From positions 148,462,982 to 148,526,981 of the forward strand of contig NC_068983.1 of the NCBI RefSeq assembly GCF_001194135.2: a stretch of 64,000 nucleotides of DNA, read 5' to 3'. This DNA is from Octopus bimaculoides. Its lineage: Eukaryota. The translations under genes and the position numbers were made by a program. Below, piece by piece: positions 13,000 through 24,954 of the stretch (positions within the stretch are counted from its first letter, which is position 1; each line of letters opens with the position of its first letter). The notes under the pieces were generated by a model, which did no database searches, had not been told where the DNA came from, and saw nothing but the letters and a program-made list of their open reading frames with translations.

Positions 13000-13210
13000 G
13001 GTGAGTTAGCAAAATCGTTGGCACGCCAGGCAAAATGCTTAGCGGCATTTCGCCCGTCATTACCTTCTAAGTTCAAATTCTGCTGAGGTCGACTTTACCT
13101 TTCATCTTTTTGGGATTGATAAAATAAGTACCAGTTGAATACTGCGGTCGATGAAATCGATTTACACCCTCCCACGAACTTGCTGGCCTTGTACCAAAAT
13201 TTGAAACCAA
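13000..13210 (+). mobile_element. Octopus-type SINE (family with gcaaaatgcttagcggcatttcg...gagttcaaattc...aaaataagtaccag...ccaaaatttgaaac)
   Basis: Matches the copies at 31309, 39140, 43237 and 51014 within this window. Confidence 0.85.
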
Positions 13211-14299
13211 TATTACAATACTTTGGCTGCTTACAATGGAGAGATATGTTTGCCTCCAGGACTTTTTGACATTTGTGGGTGCCTACTGACATCATATCTT
13301 GCTCATTGGCTAAGTAGTTAAGTATGAAATTCCAGGTTCGATCCCACTGTGTGCCATCTTAAAGAAGTGTATTTATATTTCTGATTGCTCCAGATCTTAT
13401 GCATAAAATTACGTAAACAGAAACAGCCTGAACATTCTTCGGTTCAACTGTACTTGTAATTCAAAGATCCATATTATATCATGCTGATCTTGTTTATTAC
13501 TTTTTTAATGTATACGTGTCTGGGAAATATTCAACCACTTAGAGGTTAAATTCTAGATTTAGGTGTTCACGTCATAGAACAATTGAATTCTTATCGTCGA
13601 AATTGACGGAAGATTCTTTAGCGGAGCGCGACAAAATTAGGTGTAAAACGTAAGCACGCCATACTAACAGGATACATCCATAGTAACAAAACTGCAACTG
13701 CTGAGTGCTAGGATACAATCCTTAACCCACTGACACCTTCTTTCTCCTTCCTCTCTCTTATTTCGCTCTCCCTTCTCTCTCTCTCTCTCCCTCCCTCTCT
13801 CTCTCTCTCCATTCAATGTCTGATTATCTTCAGAATTTCCTTCCATAAACCCAAATCTATCGGAACTTTGTTAATACAAGAGTGATTTCTTAACCACGTG
13901 GATTTCAATGAAAAAAAAAAATGGTTACTAGACAACCGACAAAAATATCAGACAGTTCCAATTGAGTTTTACTGCCTTCGCGCTCTCCAATGCACCGTTT
14001 AACAAACCTTTGTCCAGACATGTAGTAGATAAGTCATACTACATTTCCAGTGTGTCGAAGAACAGAGATCTGGAAACAGTATTCAGTGGGAAGATTATAG
14101 TATTCTTTCAACAACACAATGAAACAACTTTTACATGCTAAAAATGTGGATTTTTTTTTTTAATTCCGACAAAAATATATTCGAACTCAAATACATTTAA
14201 TCAATGTCCGTTAGGAATTACAAGGCATTTGCAGTAATAATTGTCTTCGTTATTTTTGTTATTATTATTATTATAATTAAACTGTTATGGTCTACTTTG

Positions 14300-14615
14300 C
14301 TAATCGTTTTTCGGCGTCTATAAAATAAGTACTACTTGACCAATGAGGTCAGAGTAATCGACTATCCTTTTGCCCTAAAATTGCTGGCCTAGTGCCAAAA
14401 TTTGAAGCCGCTGTTATTAAAGCTGTGAGCTGTCATAAAATACGTAATAGCATTTCTTCCGGCTTTTTACCGTCTGAGCTCAAATCCTATTTTAATTTCA
14501 CCCTTTCGAAGTCGATAAAATAAGTACCAGTCAAGAACTGGGGCGATGAAATCGTATATCCCTCTCCCTCAAAATGTCAGTCCTTGTGCCTGTTATAAAA
14601 AGGGTTATTATTATC
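14300..14615 (+). mobile_element. Two adjacent decayed copies of the same SINE family; the second ends in a (TTA)n tail
   Basis: The aaaataagtac and aaattgctggcctagtgccaaaatttgaa motifs are present; the second copy ends tgtgcctgttataaaaagggttattattat. Confidence 0.7.
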
Positions 14616-15649
14616 CTTGTCGCTTTTATTGTCATTGTTTTTATGGTTACTTAGTCACATGTCAACCCTCGTGGGAAAACCTAGCAACTGAGTCGAGTAA
14701 CTGCAAAGAGGTTACCACGTTGTTATTGCTGTTGTTTTATAACACGTTGATCCAACATCACCTAAGACAACTCACAGCACCAGTATTCCAGTTGTGACTG
14801 GCTCATCGTTTATGCTATTTTGCAGACACAGATTAAGCAAGGTTTACATTATTCAGTGAGTATGAGCATTTCAAAGAAGATAGGGTTGTAATTTGAGGGA
14901 TATTTCAAGGCTTTATCTAGCAGAAAATGCGATCCCGCAGAGTATCTTTCGTCAGCTCGTAGAATTATCAGTAATCTATGTAAGTGGTATGTGTTTACGC
15001 ATAGTAAAATATTTATCGGCTATTATAAAATATATTTTATTGTAAGTAATTATAATAAAAACACATTCACATGCAGACATTATTTTCCATATGATGTATA
15101 GATACACTCATTCATGTATATATATATATATNNNNNNNNNNNNNNNNNNNNNNNNNNNNNNNNNNNNNNNNNNNNNNNGATATATCTATGTATGAGTCTA
15201 TGTGTGTGTATGTGTATTTGTGTTTGTGTGTGTGTCTCTCTGTGTGTCTCTGTGTGTGTCTCTGTGTGTGTCTCTGTGTGTGTGTGTGTGTGTGAGTGTG
15301 TGTGTGTGTGTGCGCACGTAAGTATACATATGCATTTAAAAAACTTTTTTATTGTTTTCATTTTCAAATCCATTAAATTGGAAAAGGAATTACTTTTTTA
15401 GTATAAACCATTATCACACGTATTTACCAAATAAACACTATGTAGTTAAGAATACGCATATTCGTGTCTATCTGCAGATATATCTGGGTCTTTTTTGTGA
15501 CTTTTTCTTTTTTTATTTGCATAAAAATGTAAGAATGGTTATATGTACGTTTATGAGCATACATGGAAAGGATAGATAGACAGATTGATATATCGGTTGG
15601 TAGATTAGATTGACAACCAGATCGACACATCGATTGGTTGATAGGTATG

Positions 15650-15703
<54 letters not shown>

Positions 15704-15750
15704 TTTGTACGAGTTTATGTTAAATTAAGATTAATACATTAAGCAGTTTT

Positions 15751-15830
15751 AAGAATAACAACAAAACAAGAATAACAACAAAACAAGAATAACAACAAAA
15801 CAAGAATAACAACAAAACAAGAATAACAAC
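15751..15830. repeat. 17-bp tandem repeat AAGAATAACAACAAAAC, 4.7 perfect copies, abutting the PLE 3' end
   Basis: Directly counted. Confidence 0.95.
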
Positions 15831-15917
15831 TGTTCTATATTTAAGAGGTGAGGAATTATGTACATTTTTTACTTTATTTACATTTGACCAATATTTGTCC
15901 TCGCCTTGTTTGTTGTT

Positions 15918-15963
15918 AACACAACGTTTCGGCTGATATAACCTCCAGTCTCCATCAGGTGTC
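15918..15963 (-). ncRNA. Minimal PLE-type hammerhead ribozyme, probably inactivated (A9 to G)
   Basis: GACAC-CUGAUGG-A-GACUGG...UCAGCC-GAAA-CGU-U-GUGUU. Stem I is GACAC/GUGUU and stem III is the palindrome ACGU (dimer type). There is one core substitution and one stem II mismatch. Confidence 0.7.
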
Positions 15964-16030
15964 TTGGGAAATTTCGAACCTGGATTCTCATTCGTAAGGT
16001 ATTTTTCGATATTATTATTATTATTATAAT

Positions 16031-16094
16031 TCAGGTCACTGCCTGGAATCTTGGGGTTAGTAGCCCACGCTCTTAACCACTACGCCATATGCCC
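16031..16094 (-). pseudogene. tRNA-Ser-like cassette (A box intact, B box deleted) inside the PLE 3' region
   Basis: gggcataTGGCGTAGTGGttaagagcgt-GGG-CT-ACT-AA-CCC-caagattccaggcagtgacc shows an A box and an anticodon stem-loop. The T-arm gttcga is missing. Followed by (taa)n. Confidence 0.6.
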
Positions 16095-16822
16095 ATGAAG
16101 TGAATTTTAGAGCTTATAAATCTAATATTTTTCTATCCTTCCTTAATACCGGTTCCCATATGCTGCTCATATCTGTACTCGGTCTGCGTAGGAGGTTGTT
16201 GTGTCCTAGCATATTGTGCTGCTTCTTTTAGTTTTCGTATTTTCCAGTGGTGTTCTCTGTCTATTATTTTAACTTCATCCCACAGAGTGAGGTGGTCTCC
16301 ATTTTTCCATATATGATCAGCTATACCCGATTAATCAATACCTCCTCGTGTCACAGCTTTGCGATGTTCCTCTACCCTTATTTTGAGGGGGCGACATGTT
16401 TCGCCTTTGTATAATCTACCAGAGCTGCATGGGATGGGGTACAGGTAGTTTTTGGTCATATTCTCTTCTTTGGTGGTTTTACCCCAAGGAGATATTTTCG
16501 AAGAGTTGTATTACTCTTGAATACTGCCCTGATTTCATATGGGCCGAATATCTTTTGTATCTTTTCAGAGAGACCTATATTTTCAGTACTTTTTCCGAAC
16601 AAATAAGTTACAGGGACGTAAACAAAGCAAAACACGGCCATATTCATACATATATACAACGGATTACCATAAAATGTTTGCTTACCAAATTCATTCACAA
16701 AGCAACAGTCGGCTCGGAACAATAGAAGAGAAATCTTACCCAAGGTATCACGCAGAGAGACTGACCCCGAACCTATGGGGTTACGAAACAAACTTAACCA
16801 AATAGATATGTCTGAGTGTTAT

Positions 16823-16921
<99 letters not shown>

Positions 16922-17398
16922 TTACTGGTAGCGATCAACAACACCTGTAATCTCATCGAAACAATTACCTCTTCTACCTACCGATAAACGTAACACCTAT
17001 AATACCACGATGTCAAACTTTGAGATTCTAAACAAAAGACAAGCTGCCGATCGGGGAGCAAACTGAAAATGAGCATATTTCAATAGGAAACAAATTAACA
17101 TACTTCGTGCAGCGAAATCGGGCAATGCCGAATTTTACATTGCCAGCAAGTGAACTGTCACACTAACTCGGATATTATAAATAGCATGCAACATCACAAT
17201 GGCGCATAAAGAGAAAAGTTATGAGACTCCTTGAAACGTAACATTGGGGCTCAGTCACTGTGCTGAATGGAAACGGGAAACTCAGCGTAGCGAGAAAGGG
17301 AAGCCTGAACTTCGAATAAATGAATACGTGTGTGGATAAATATGTGTGTGCGTGCGTCTGTATACGTATGTTGGTGATTGTGTGTGTGTGTGTGTGTA

Positions 17399-17472
<74 letters not shown>

Positions 17473-18114
17473 AGTATGTATGTATGTATTATGTATGTGT
17501 ATGTGTATGCATGTGTGTATGTATGTATGTATGTATGTATATATTGTACGTATACTTTTAAATATACTTTTATATTTTGCTTATTTACACATTCCCAAAT
17601 AAAGATGATGCGTTGGAGCTTGCGTGTTGTGAGTGTGTGTGTGTATGTGCGTGTATGTGTATGTGTGCGAGTGAGTGTGCATGTATGTGCGCGTATGTGA
17701 ATTAGTGTGTCAGTATGTAGATATATATCTCCTAGCATTACACTGTAAACGCATTTCCTTTTCTTTTCCTTTTAATTTGCATGCCTTGGAGAAGAATTAA
17801 ATGAAATCATTGCAAAGAGTTTGGCAAAAGAAAAATGCAAAAATCTAGCAATTATAATAGTATATTTTTATGCTTATATATCTGAATAGCCCCATGTGTG
17901 TGTGTGTCTGTGTGTGTCTGTGTGTGTGTGCGCGCACGCGCTTGCACGCGTTTCTACATGCTGATGTGTGTCACAGTGATGAGCGAAGTATCACAGAGTA
18001 CATTACTATTTTAAGACAATTATACACGGAACAGATTATAAAATACAATTACGGAGCAAGAATGGTGCATCCATATACGTGTGTGTGTGTGTGTGTGTCT
18101 GTCTGTCTGTCTGT

Positions 18115-18245
18115 ATTGTAGGCTTGGCTGTGTGGTAAGAAGGTTGCTATCCAACCACATGGTTCTGTGTTCAGTCCCACAAAATGACACCTTGGGCAAG
18201 TGTCTTGTACTATAGCCTCGGCCAATCAAAGTTTTGTGAGTTTTG
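18115..18245 (+). mobile_element. SINE 5' head (tRNA-like A box ggctgtgtggtaag), partly repeated across the gap at 18645-18751
   Basis: Matches the head of 60762-60920 (ccaaccacatgg...gacaccttgggca.gtgtctt). Confidence 0.8.
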
Positions 18246-18279
<34 letters not shown>

Positions 18280-18280
18280 C

Positions 18281-18317
<37 letters not shown>

Positions 18318-18716
18318 NNNNNNNNNNNNNNNNNNNNNNNNNNNNNNNNNNNNNNNNNNNNNNNNNNNNNNNNNNNNNNNNNNNNNNNNNNNNNNNNNNN
18401 NNNNNNNNNNNNNNNNNNNNNNNNNNNNNNNNNNNNNNNNNNNNNNNNNNNNNNNNNNNNNNNNNNNNNNNNNNNNNNNNNNNNNNNNNNNNNNNNNNNN
18501 NNNNNNNNNNNNNNNNNNNNNNNNNNNNNNNNNNNNNNNNNNNNNNNNNNNNNNNNNNNNNNNNNNNNNNNNNNNNNNNNNNNNNNNNNNNNNNNNNNNN
18601 NNNNNNNNNNNNNNNNNNNNNNNNNNNNNNNNNNNNNNNNNNNNGTCCCACAAAATGACACCTTGGGCAAGTGTCTTGTACTATAGCCTCGGCCAATCAA
18701 AGTTTTGTGAGTTTTG

Positions 18717-18752
<36 letters not shown>

Positions 18753-19703
18753 CTCATGTGTGAATCTGCGGGTAGTCGGATGCCTGTGGTTTTTGCATGC
18801 CAATGTGCACGTGCGTAAGTGAAAGATGATACGTTAAGTGGGCACTAAGAAAGGTAAATATGAATCTAATTGATCGTTGCAAAACACACACACATACATG
18901 TACATTTGTGTGTGTTGAGAGCGTGCTAAAACAAAAATGGGGATAATGAATTTTAATGTGTGTGTATGTGTGTGTGAGAGCGAGAGTGACACACAAACAG
19001 ACAGGTGGACAGATTGCTATTTCAGTAAGTTTATCGACAATAAATCATCATGATGAACAAATGCGTCCATAAGTAGTATATACAACGTTCATTCGTTAGC
19101 AACCAATGTCGCCCGCTGAGCCAATTGAGCGTAGTAAAATAGAAATACTCTGAAATCGTGTTCAGTTGTGAAAAGTTTGGTTGTAGAACAGTACCGTATA
19201 GGATGAAAACAGCAGGTTTTTAGTAATAACTTTAGATTACGAAGCCTGAGAGTTGTCATTGGAAAGGTTCACTGCTCGAGTTGACAGGCTATTTTCAATT
19301 CTTCCGGGGTGGGGAAATGTTTTCAAGGACCGAAATATATCTGCATAGCATTTTTTGATAATATTCTCTTTTGTATATTACATTCTTGTATTTCCATCAC
19401 ATAAATACATTCTTAGTTTTAATAGGTTGATTGCTCGACCTGTTAGAAGTCTGACTGTTAGTCTTCTCGATGAGAAGTGGCCTGAGACTAAACAACGACT
19501 ACCCACATATGCAAAAATCCACCAGCAACTAATTTGAGAGGAAATATATGTACAGAGCCATAGTGTAATATTTTCCACACGTGAATATTTACCGTTAAGA
19601 ATATCCTTTAAATGTGTGTTTACCTGATAACTGATTGTTTAACTTTATTGCTCGCGTAGTAAGCTACGAAATTTTTACATACTCTCGGTTTCCTGTAATT
19701 CAG

Positions 19704-19843
19704 ACCGCTTCATGATCTCAGCTGACATAATGAAAAAGGCGTTGTCTCGGAGAATGGCGAGGGAGAGGCACTGGAACAGTTACAATGATTCATGGGGCTT
19801 GTATTTGGAAATAGCCCTCTTCGACCCGATAACGGTGAACAGG
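19704..19843 (+). CDS. Candidate exon xRFMISADIMKKALSRRMARERHWNSYNDSWGLYLEIALFDPITVNR (phase 1 to 0)
   Basis: Acceptor tttcctgtaattcag|, donor AGG|gtatgg. GC-rich island in AT-rich context. Complex peptide, not recognised. Confidence 0.55.
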
Positions 19844-20059
19844 GTATGGTCGGGAGCCGAGAACGCCGAAAGTCTCTATTGCCACAGGATCGACCATAAA
19901 CCTGTCAGTGAGCGACCGTTATTTAAACAAGCATTCGAGCGCGTACGCACGCACGCGCACACACACACACATACGTTAATAGTTAATCGCTAATAATTAA
20001 TCTTTAGTTAAACTTGATACATCACACATTGGGTGTATTGTTAGTGTATGAATTGTTAG

Positions 20060-20674
20060 TTTCATCATAGAAATCTAGGGATGGATTAGCGATTTGCTAA
20101 CGTGCATAGATAAAATTAAAATAGACAGCAGTTTGCAATGTTTTACCAATAAGGAAAACTGTCCGAAATCTGCCGAAGTAGAGACAGTCCTTACTGATGA
20201 GGCAAGGGAAATTGCCGAAACTGACGTCAGTATCAGGAATTCTCGAACAACATTTTCGGACGATTATAATGTCTAGATATGTATACAATTATATGCTTTG
20301 ACTATAGCATTAGAGCATTTTAGCTCTTATTTCTAGCAATGCAGGTGTTTCTAAAACCATAGTTACAGTTAAGCTTTCCGTTTTTCTAAAACATTGCAAA
20401 CTGCTGTTTATTTAAATTTGGTGTATACACATTAGCGATCAGCTAAATCATCCATAGGTTTTTATGATGAAAACATACAAACAAAGAATTAAGTCCGAGG
20501 TCTACCGAAGTTGAGCCAGTCCTCCTGACGAGACAACGGGAATTTCAGAAACTGACATCAATATAAAGAATTCCCAAACAGTGGTTTAGGACGATTATAG
20601 TCTCTGTATATATGTATAGAATTATGCGTATTAGAGCATTTTAGCTCTTATTTCTAGCAATGTAGGTGTTTCTA
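20060..20674 (+). repeat. HHR-bearing direct repeat (20161-20353 and 20493-20674) interleaved with an 86-bp inverted repeat (20060-20145 and 20387-20472)
   Basis: Aligned by eye: gtccgaaatctgccgaagtagagacagtcc vs gtccgaggtctaccgaagttgagccagtcc, and attagagcattttagctcttatttctagcaatg in both units. cagcagtttgcaatgtttta is the reverse complement of taaaacattgcaaactgctg. Confidence 0.85.
20188..20238 (+). ncRNA. Type I hammerhead ribozyme, near-intact
   Basis: Core CUGAUGA (20194-200); stem II GGCAA/UUGCC with a GGGAAA loop; GAAA; stem III in the perfect palindrome ACUGACGUCAGU; cleavage triplet GUA (after 20232); stem I UCCUUA/UCAGGA with 5 of 6 pairs. Confidence 0.85.
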
Positions 20675-21542
20675 GCACCTTAAGCATATTTAGTGACAAT
20701 TATTTATATATGTGTGTGTGTGTGTGTGAGTGTGTGTGTGTATGTGTGTGCTTATATATATGCTTGTGTATATATCCATATATATATATACGTGTGTGTA
20801 TATATAGATATATACTCATGTACGTATATATATATCCTCAGGTGTCATGCATACAGGACTCTGAGCTTGTGTGTACGCGCATGCGCGAACGTATACGCGT
20901 AGATTGATGATAAAATAATTGATTAATATACTTAACCTGTAACGAGAGCGATTAAACATACATATTGGATATAGGACAGCGCATTTACATTGCCTGTAGT
21001 TAATGGGAAAGAACGTGATCAAATATAGATTCTATTAGCAATAAAAGCAAAATGATTCCGTATATAATGATATTTGCTATACAGTAAACTGATGGCACGA
21101 GCGAAGATATATGACGTTTCATACTCTAATGACAGACATGGAGAGAACAAAGATTGCGGAGAAGAATGGTAAAATGAGAATGTTAAAGACGCAGAGAAGT
21201 GTAATTTTATATCATGTAAAATATATAAGCAACTCGTTTCTCAACTGCTCGGCTTCATTTTCAGTCACCGCTACTTCGCACCTTGAGTAAATATCTTCTA
21301 TCATAAGTCCAATCCAATACTTACTAAACGAGTTAGGCAGGGGATATCAAATTGTTCGCTTATTTCTCTGGGATTGGTCAAGTGATGAAATCACCTCTGA
21401 TAAGACACCAACGAAAGTCGAAAATCGATTATGACTCGTCCTTTTTCTAATCTATAAAGAAAAATATAAATTCGCTATGTTTCTATATTTGCCACGTTTC
21501 TGTCTGATTATTACGCGCTCTCTCTCTCGCTTTGTCTATCTG

Positions 21543-21599
<57 letters not shown>

Positions 21600-21945
21600 N
21601 NNNNNNNNNNNNNNNNNNNNNNNNNNNNNNNNNNNNNNNNNNNNNNNNNNNNNNNNNNNNNNNNNNNNNNNNNNNNNNNNNNNNNNNNNNNNNNNNNNNN
21701 NNNNNNNNNNNNNNNNNNNNNNNNNNNNNNNNNNNNNNNNNNNNNNNNNNNNNNNNNNNNNNNNNNNNNNNNNNNNNNNNNNNNNNNNNNNNNNNNNNNN
21801 NNNNNNNNNNNNNNNNNNNNNNNNNNNNNNNNNNNNNNNNNNNNNNNNNNNNNNNNNNNNNNNNNNNNNNNNNNNNNNNNNNNNNNNNNNNNNNNNNNNN
21901 NNNNNNTATATATATATACAGACGCATATTCATTTAGATAGATAC

Positions 21946-22016
<71 letters not shown>

Positions 22017-22025
22017 TGCATACAC

Positions 22026-22056
<31 letters not shown>

Positions 22057-22156
22057 TGTATGTATAAGATGTGTCTTCTTGATATAATACATTATAGTAG
22101 TGCTATTGCGAAGGCATTGTAATGATGGGTAACGCAGATCTCACAGTGCTGTTTAG

Positions 22157-22213
22157 AAAGAAATTCGCTTCGCAACTATGTGCTCCCGATTCTTTATGCA
22201 CGTTTGGGATCTA
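22157..22213 (+). CDS. Candidate exon xRNSLRNYVLPILYARLGS (phase 1 to 1)
   Basis: Acceptor gtgctgtttag|, donor A|gtatgt. Weak resemblance to the ERxxLxxxVxPxL motif of DUF4062 proteins (inference only). Confidence 0.4.
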
Positions 22214-23037
22214 GTATGTGGAGAATGGAAGGTTGAAACTGCAAAAACCCGTCATGTGTGTGAGCGTGCGTGTGTTTGTGTTTGCGTGTGCCTCTGTGTG
22301 TGTGCGTGTATGTGTGTGTGTGTGTATGTGTGTGTGTGTGTGTGTGTAATAGAATTCTGATAATATATTTCTTCACTGATAAGAGTACACACATACGTGT
22401 ATGGGTGGTCTGTGTGTGTGTGTATGCGTGTGTGTATGTGTGCGTGTGCTTGTGTGCTTGTGTGTATGTGTGTAATTGTCTGCTCACTTATCCACTCCGT
22501 GTGTGTATTTATAAGATACTGATTTATATAATGTCCTCAATGAGTATTGTTTTCGTGTTCTTTTCTAAGAGGAAACATTAGTCTACTTTTTTTTTTTTCT
22601 TTAATAACTCTTGTCATTTATAAATAGAAAAACATCGATGCAGAATACTGCAAAAACCTATTATATGTACTGTGGTATATTGGGTAACAAAAGAAAAGTA
22701 ATTTTATGATTGTGAGGTGGTGTTTACTGCGACGAAGACAATAGCGATTGCGATGAACATCTGCAAAAAGAAAAAATTATAGCATAAAACAGCTATCCTA
22801 GAATCACATATGATCGTAAAGTCAAAATTATAGTTTATACATTACAGATATTGTATAGATAGGTCATACATTGTCGACTTTTCTTATCATATTATCTTTC
22901 TCAATTTAAATATTTTAAATTATTGTTTGCAGAATTTACCTCTGTACACTACACACGCAATCAAACAATAGTATTTCAGCAAAATAAAATAGACGATATA
23001 TATGTATAAATACACATACATGCACACACGCACGCAT

Positions 23038-23079
<42 letters not shown>

Positions 23080-23404
23080 ACACACACACACACACATAGC
23101 TGGTACATTTCAAAGTACACCAAACCAAGACTTTTCATTACTCGTAAATTGTGTCCCGTCTCTATTTCAAATAGTCATCCTAAATATAATGGCGTCTTTA
23201 ATTGGCCTTGTAACATACTACTTATATATCCGATTGTACGTATTTCTAAATAAAACAAAAAAAAACTCCTCCTCCATATTTTGACCATTATATGCCTTCG
23301 ATGAAGCAAAACACTTCACTATCTCTCGGTCTCTCACTCTTACTCTCTTCCTAAATACATACATATATATTCATTTTAAAAGTTATCTCTATAGATTTTC
23401 TACT

Positions 23405-23695
23405 GAATACAGAGTCAGCACTGCAAGTTACAACATCTTGGTAAACAAATACGTATATGTAAACAATTCGATCGAACATAGAAAATGAAGGTATCGGTGG
23501 TATATTCATATTTTAGGGATTATTGTCCTTTCATCAGTTCTTCATCTAACACATCATAGTGAGATGCTGATGAAAGGACAATAACCTTGCAAGAAGCATA
23601 TTCACCCATTACCATATTTTTTTAATATCGGATCACGTTCTTTATGGAGACATATTTGTTTACGAAAGGTCGTACATTAAATTGCTGCCCCTGAA
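23405..23695. mobile_element. Second inverted-repeat HHR element (same family as 8500-9052); both HHRs have a damaged GAAA motif
   Basis: Perfect 18-bp IR: ttattgtcctttcatcag (23520-37) and ctgatgaaaggacaataa (23567-84), with a 29-bp spacer. The arms extend about 120 bp each way. The left arm aligns with 8500-8670. Confidence 0.8.
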
Positions 23696-24744
23696 TTGTA
23701 TAGAAAATGTATAGAGATAAAATTATACCACTGTTAACACATTGTAAAACATAGTATTGACTTATCATGTGTGTGGGGGGTGCATCATTAGAATTATATG
23801 TTTTAATCACAATATTCTAATATTATAAGCGTTAGGAATTATCCGTTTAGTCAGGTTATAAACGTAAATTCTACACGGCTTTTCTCAAACATTTTGAAAT
23901 ATATTTATAAACATTGTAGTTCTCCATTTATCACAGTGTTCCAAGCTCTTTAAATTACACCCACTTATACCTAAACATTTATATATTTAAGATATCTGTC
24001 CTATTTACTCACCCTACCGTCAGTAAATATTTAAGCTTTACACACAAGCACACACGCGCGCACAGGCGCAATTGAACGCTTCTATGCGTACGTTTACATG
24101 TGCGTTTGTATAAACATGAATATATAAATATCAAATTCCCAGACAAAAGCACACGCTCACTCAATAATATTGTCTAAGTTAATGTACGCAAGTATTAATG
24201 TATCTTTACATGTCAACGCCCCTGTCTTTAATAAATTACCGTAAATGTCCATGTCTACCAAATTTCTACGTATAATACGCTCTTGATCTGTACAAATTAT
24301 ATTATAAACTAATACTATTATGCATAACAAACAATGCTGCACAACTGACTACAAGAATGGATAATCTACTATGATCCAATAGATTAGCTTTTAATATCGT
24401 ATTTTATATAAAATGCACTTACGTATTAGAAAAAAAAATAATGTACATATTATCGGTAAAATTATCAATAAATAATTGTGCGTAAATAATAAAAGATACC
24501 TGAGAAAGTTTATATTCTGATACACTAATCGCCAACATTTTGCTATTCAGCCGTATCAGCTAGTTTTCAGCTAAGTTAAACATAATAAAGTTTACAGTTG
24601 GTTATGGCGATAGAGCAGCAGCAAGATGCTTTAGTATGATTAAATGTAACGCCATAACATCACATCATGGAAGCACGCTCAAGATAAGCGTAATGTTATA
24701 ACCAACTAATAATAATAACATTGAACTAATAATAATACTAAACA

Positions 24745-24889
24745 TTCTTTCTTATTTTGGCACAAGACCAGAGATTTTAAGGGGAGAGAAGTCGATTAAA
24801 TCCGACTTCTCGACTGGTACTTATTTTACTGATGTAATCGATCTGCTCCTTCTCAACAAATTTCACTTCTTGTGCCTATAGTAGAAAGG

Positions 24890-24890
<1 letters not shown>
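24745..24890. mobile_element. Fused SINE fragments: a minus-strand tail joined to a plus-strand tail that ends in (TTA)21
   Basis: ttttggcacaagaccag...actggtacttatttta (minus), then gatgtaatcgat...tgtgcctatagtagaaagga-(tta)n (plus). Confidence 0.7.

Positions 24891-24953
<63 letters not shown>

Positions 24954-24954
<1 letters not shown>

Larger units (their letters stand above)
15832..16576 (-). mobile_element. 5'-truncated Penelope-like element: GIY-YIG endonuclease end plus 3' pLTR region
   Basis: Minus-strand translation (with frameshifts and a stop): GLSEKIQKIFGPYEIRAVFKSNTTLRKYL...KNYLYPIPCSSGRLYKGETCRPLKIRVEEHRKAV...SGIADHIWKNGDH...WDEVKIIDREHHWKIRKLKEA. This is the PLE GIY-YIG pattern and is followed by an HHR. 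Confidence 0.9.

Noticed and set aside
18174-18751. Identical 107-bp duplication (18174-18280 and 18645-18751) on both sides of an N-gap
   Set aside because: The second copy starts exactly at the gap edge and is 100% identical, typical of overlapping contig ends that failed to merge at (TA)n. Likely an assembly artefact.
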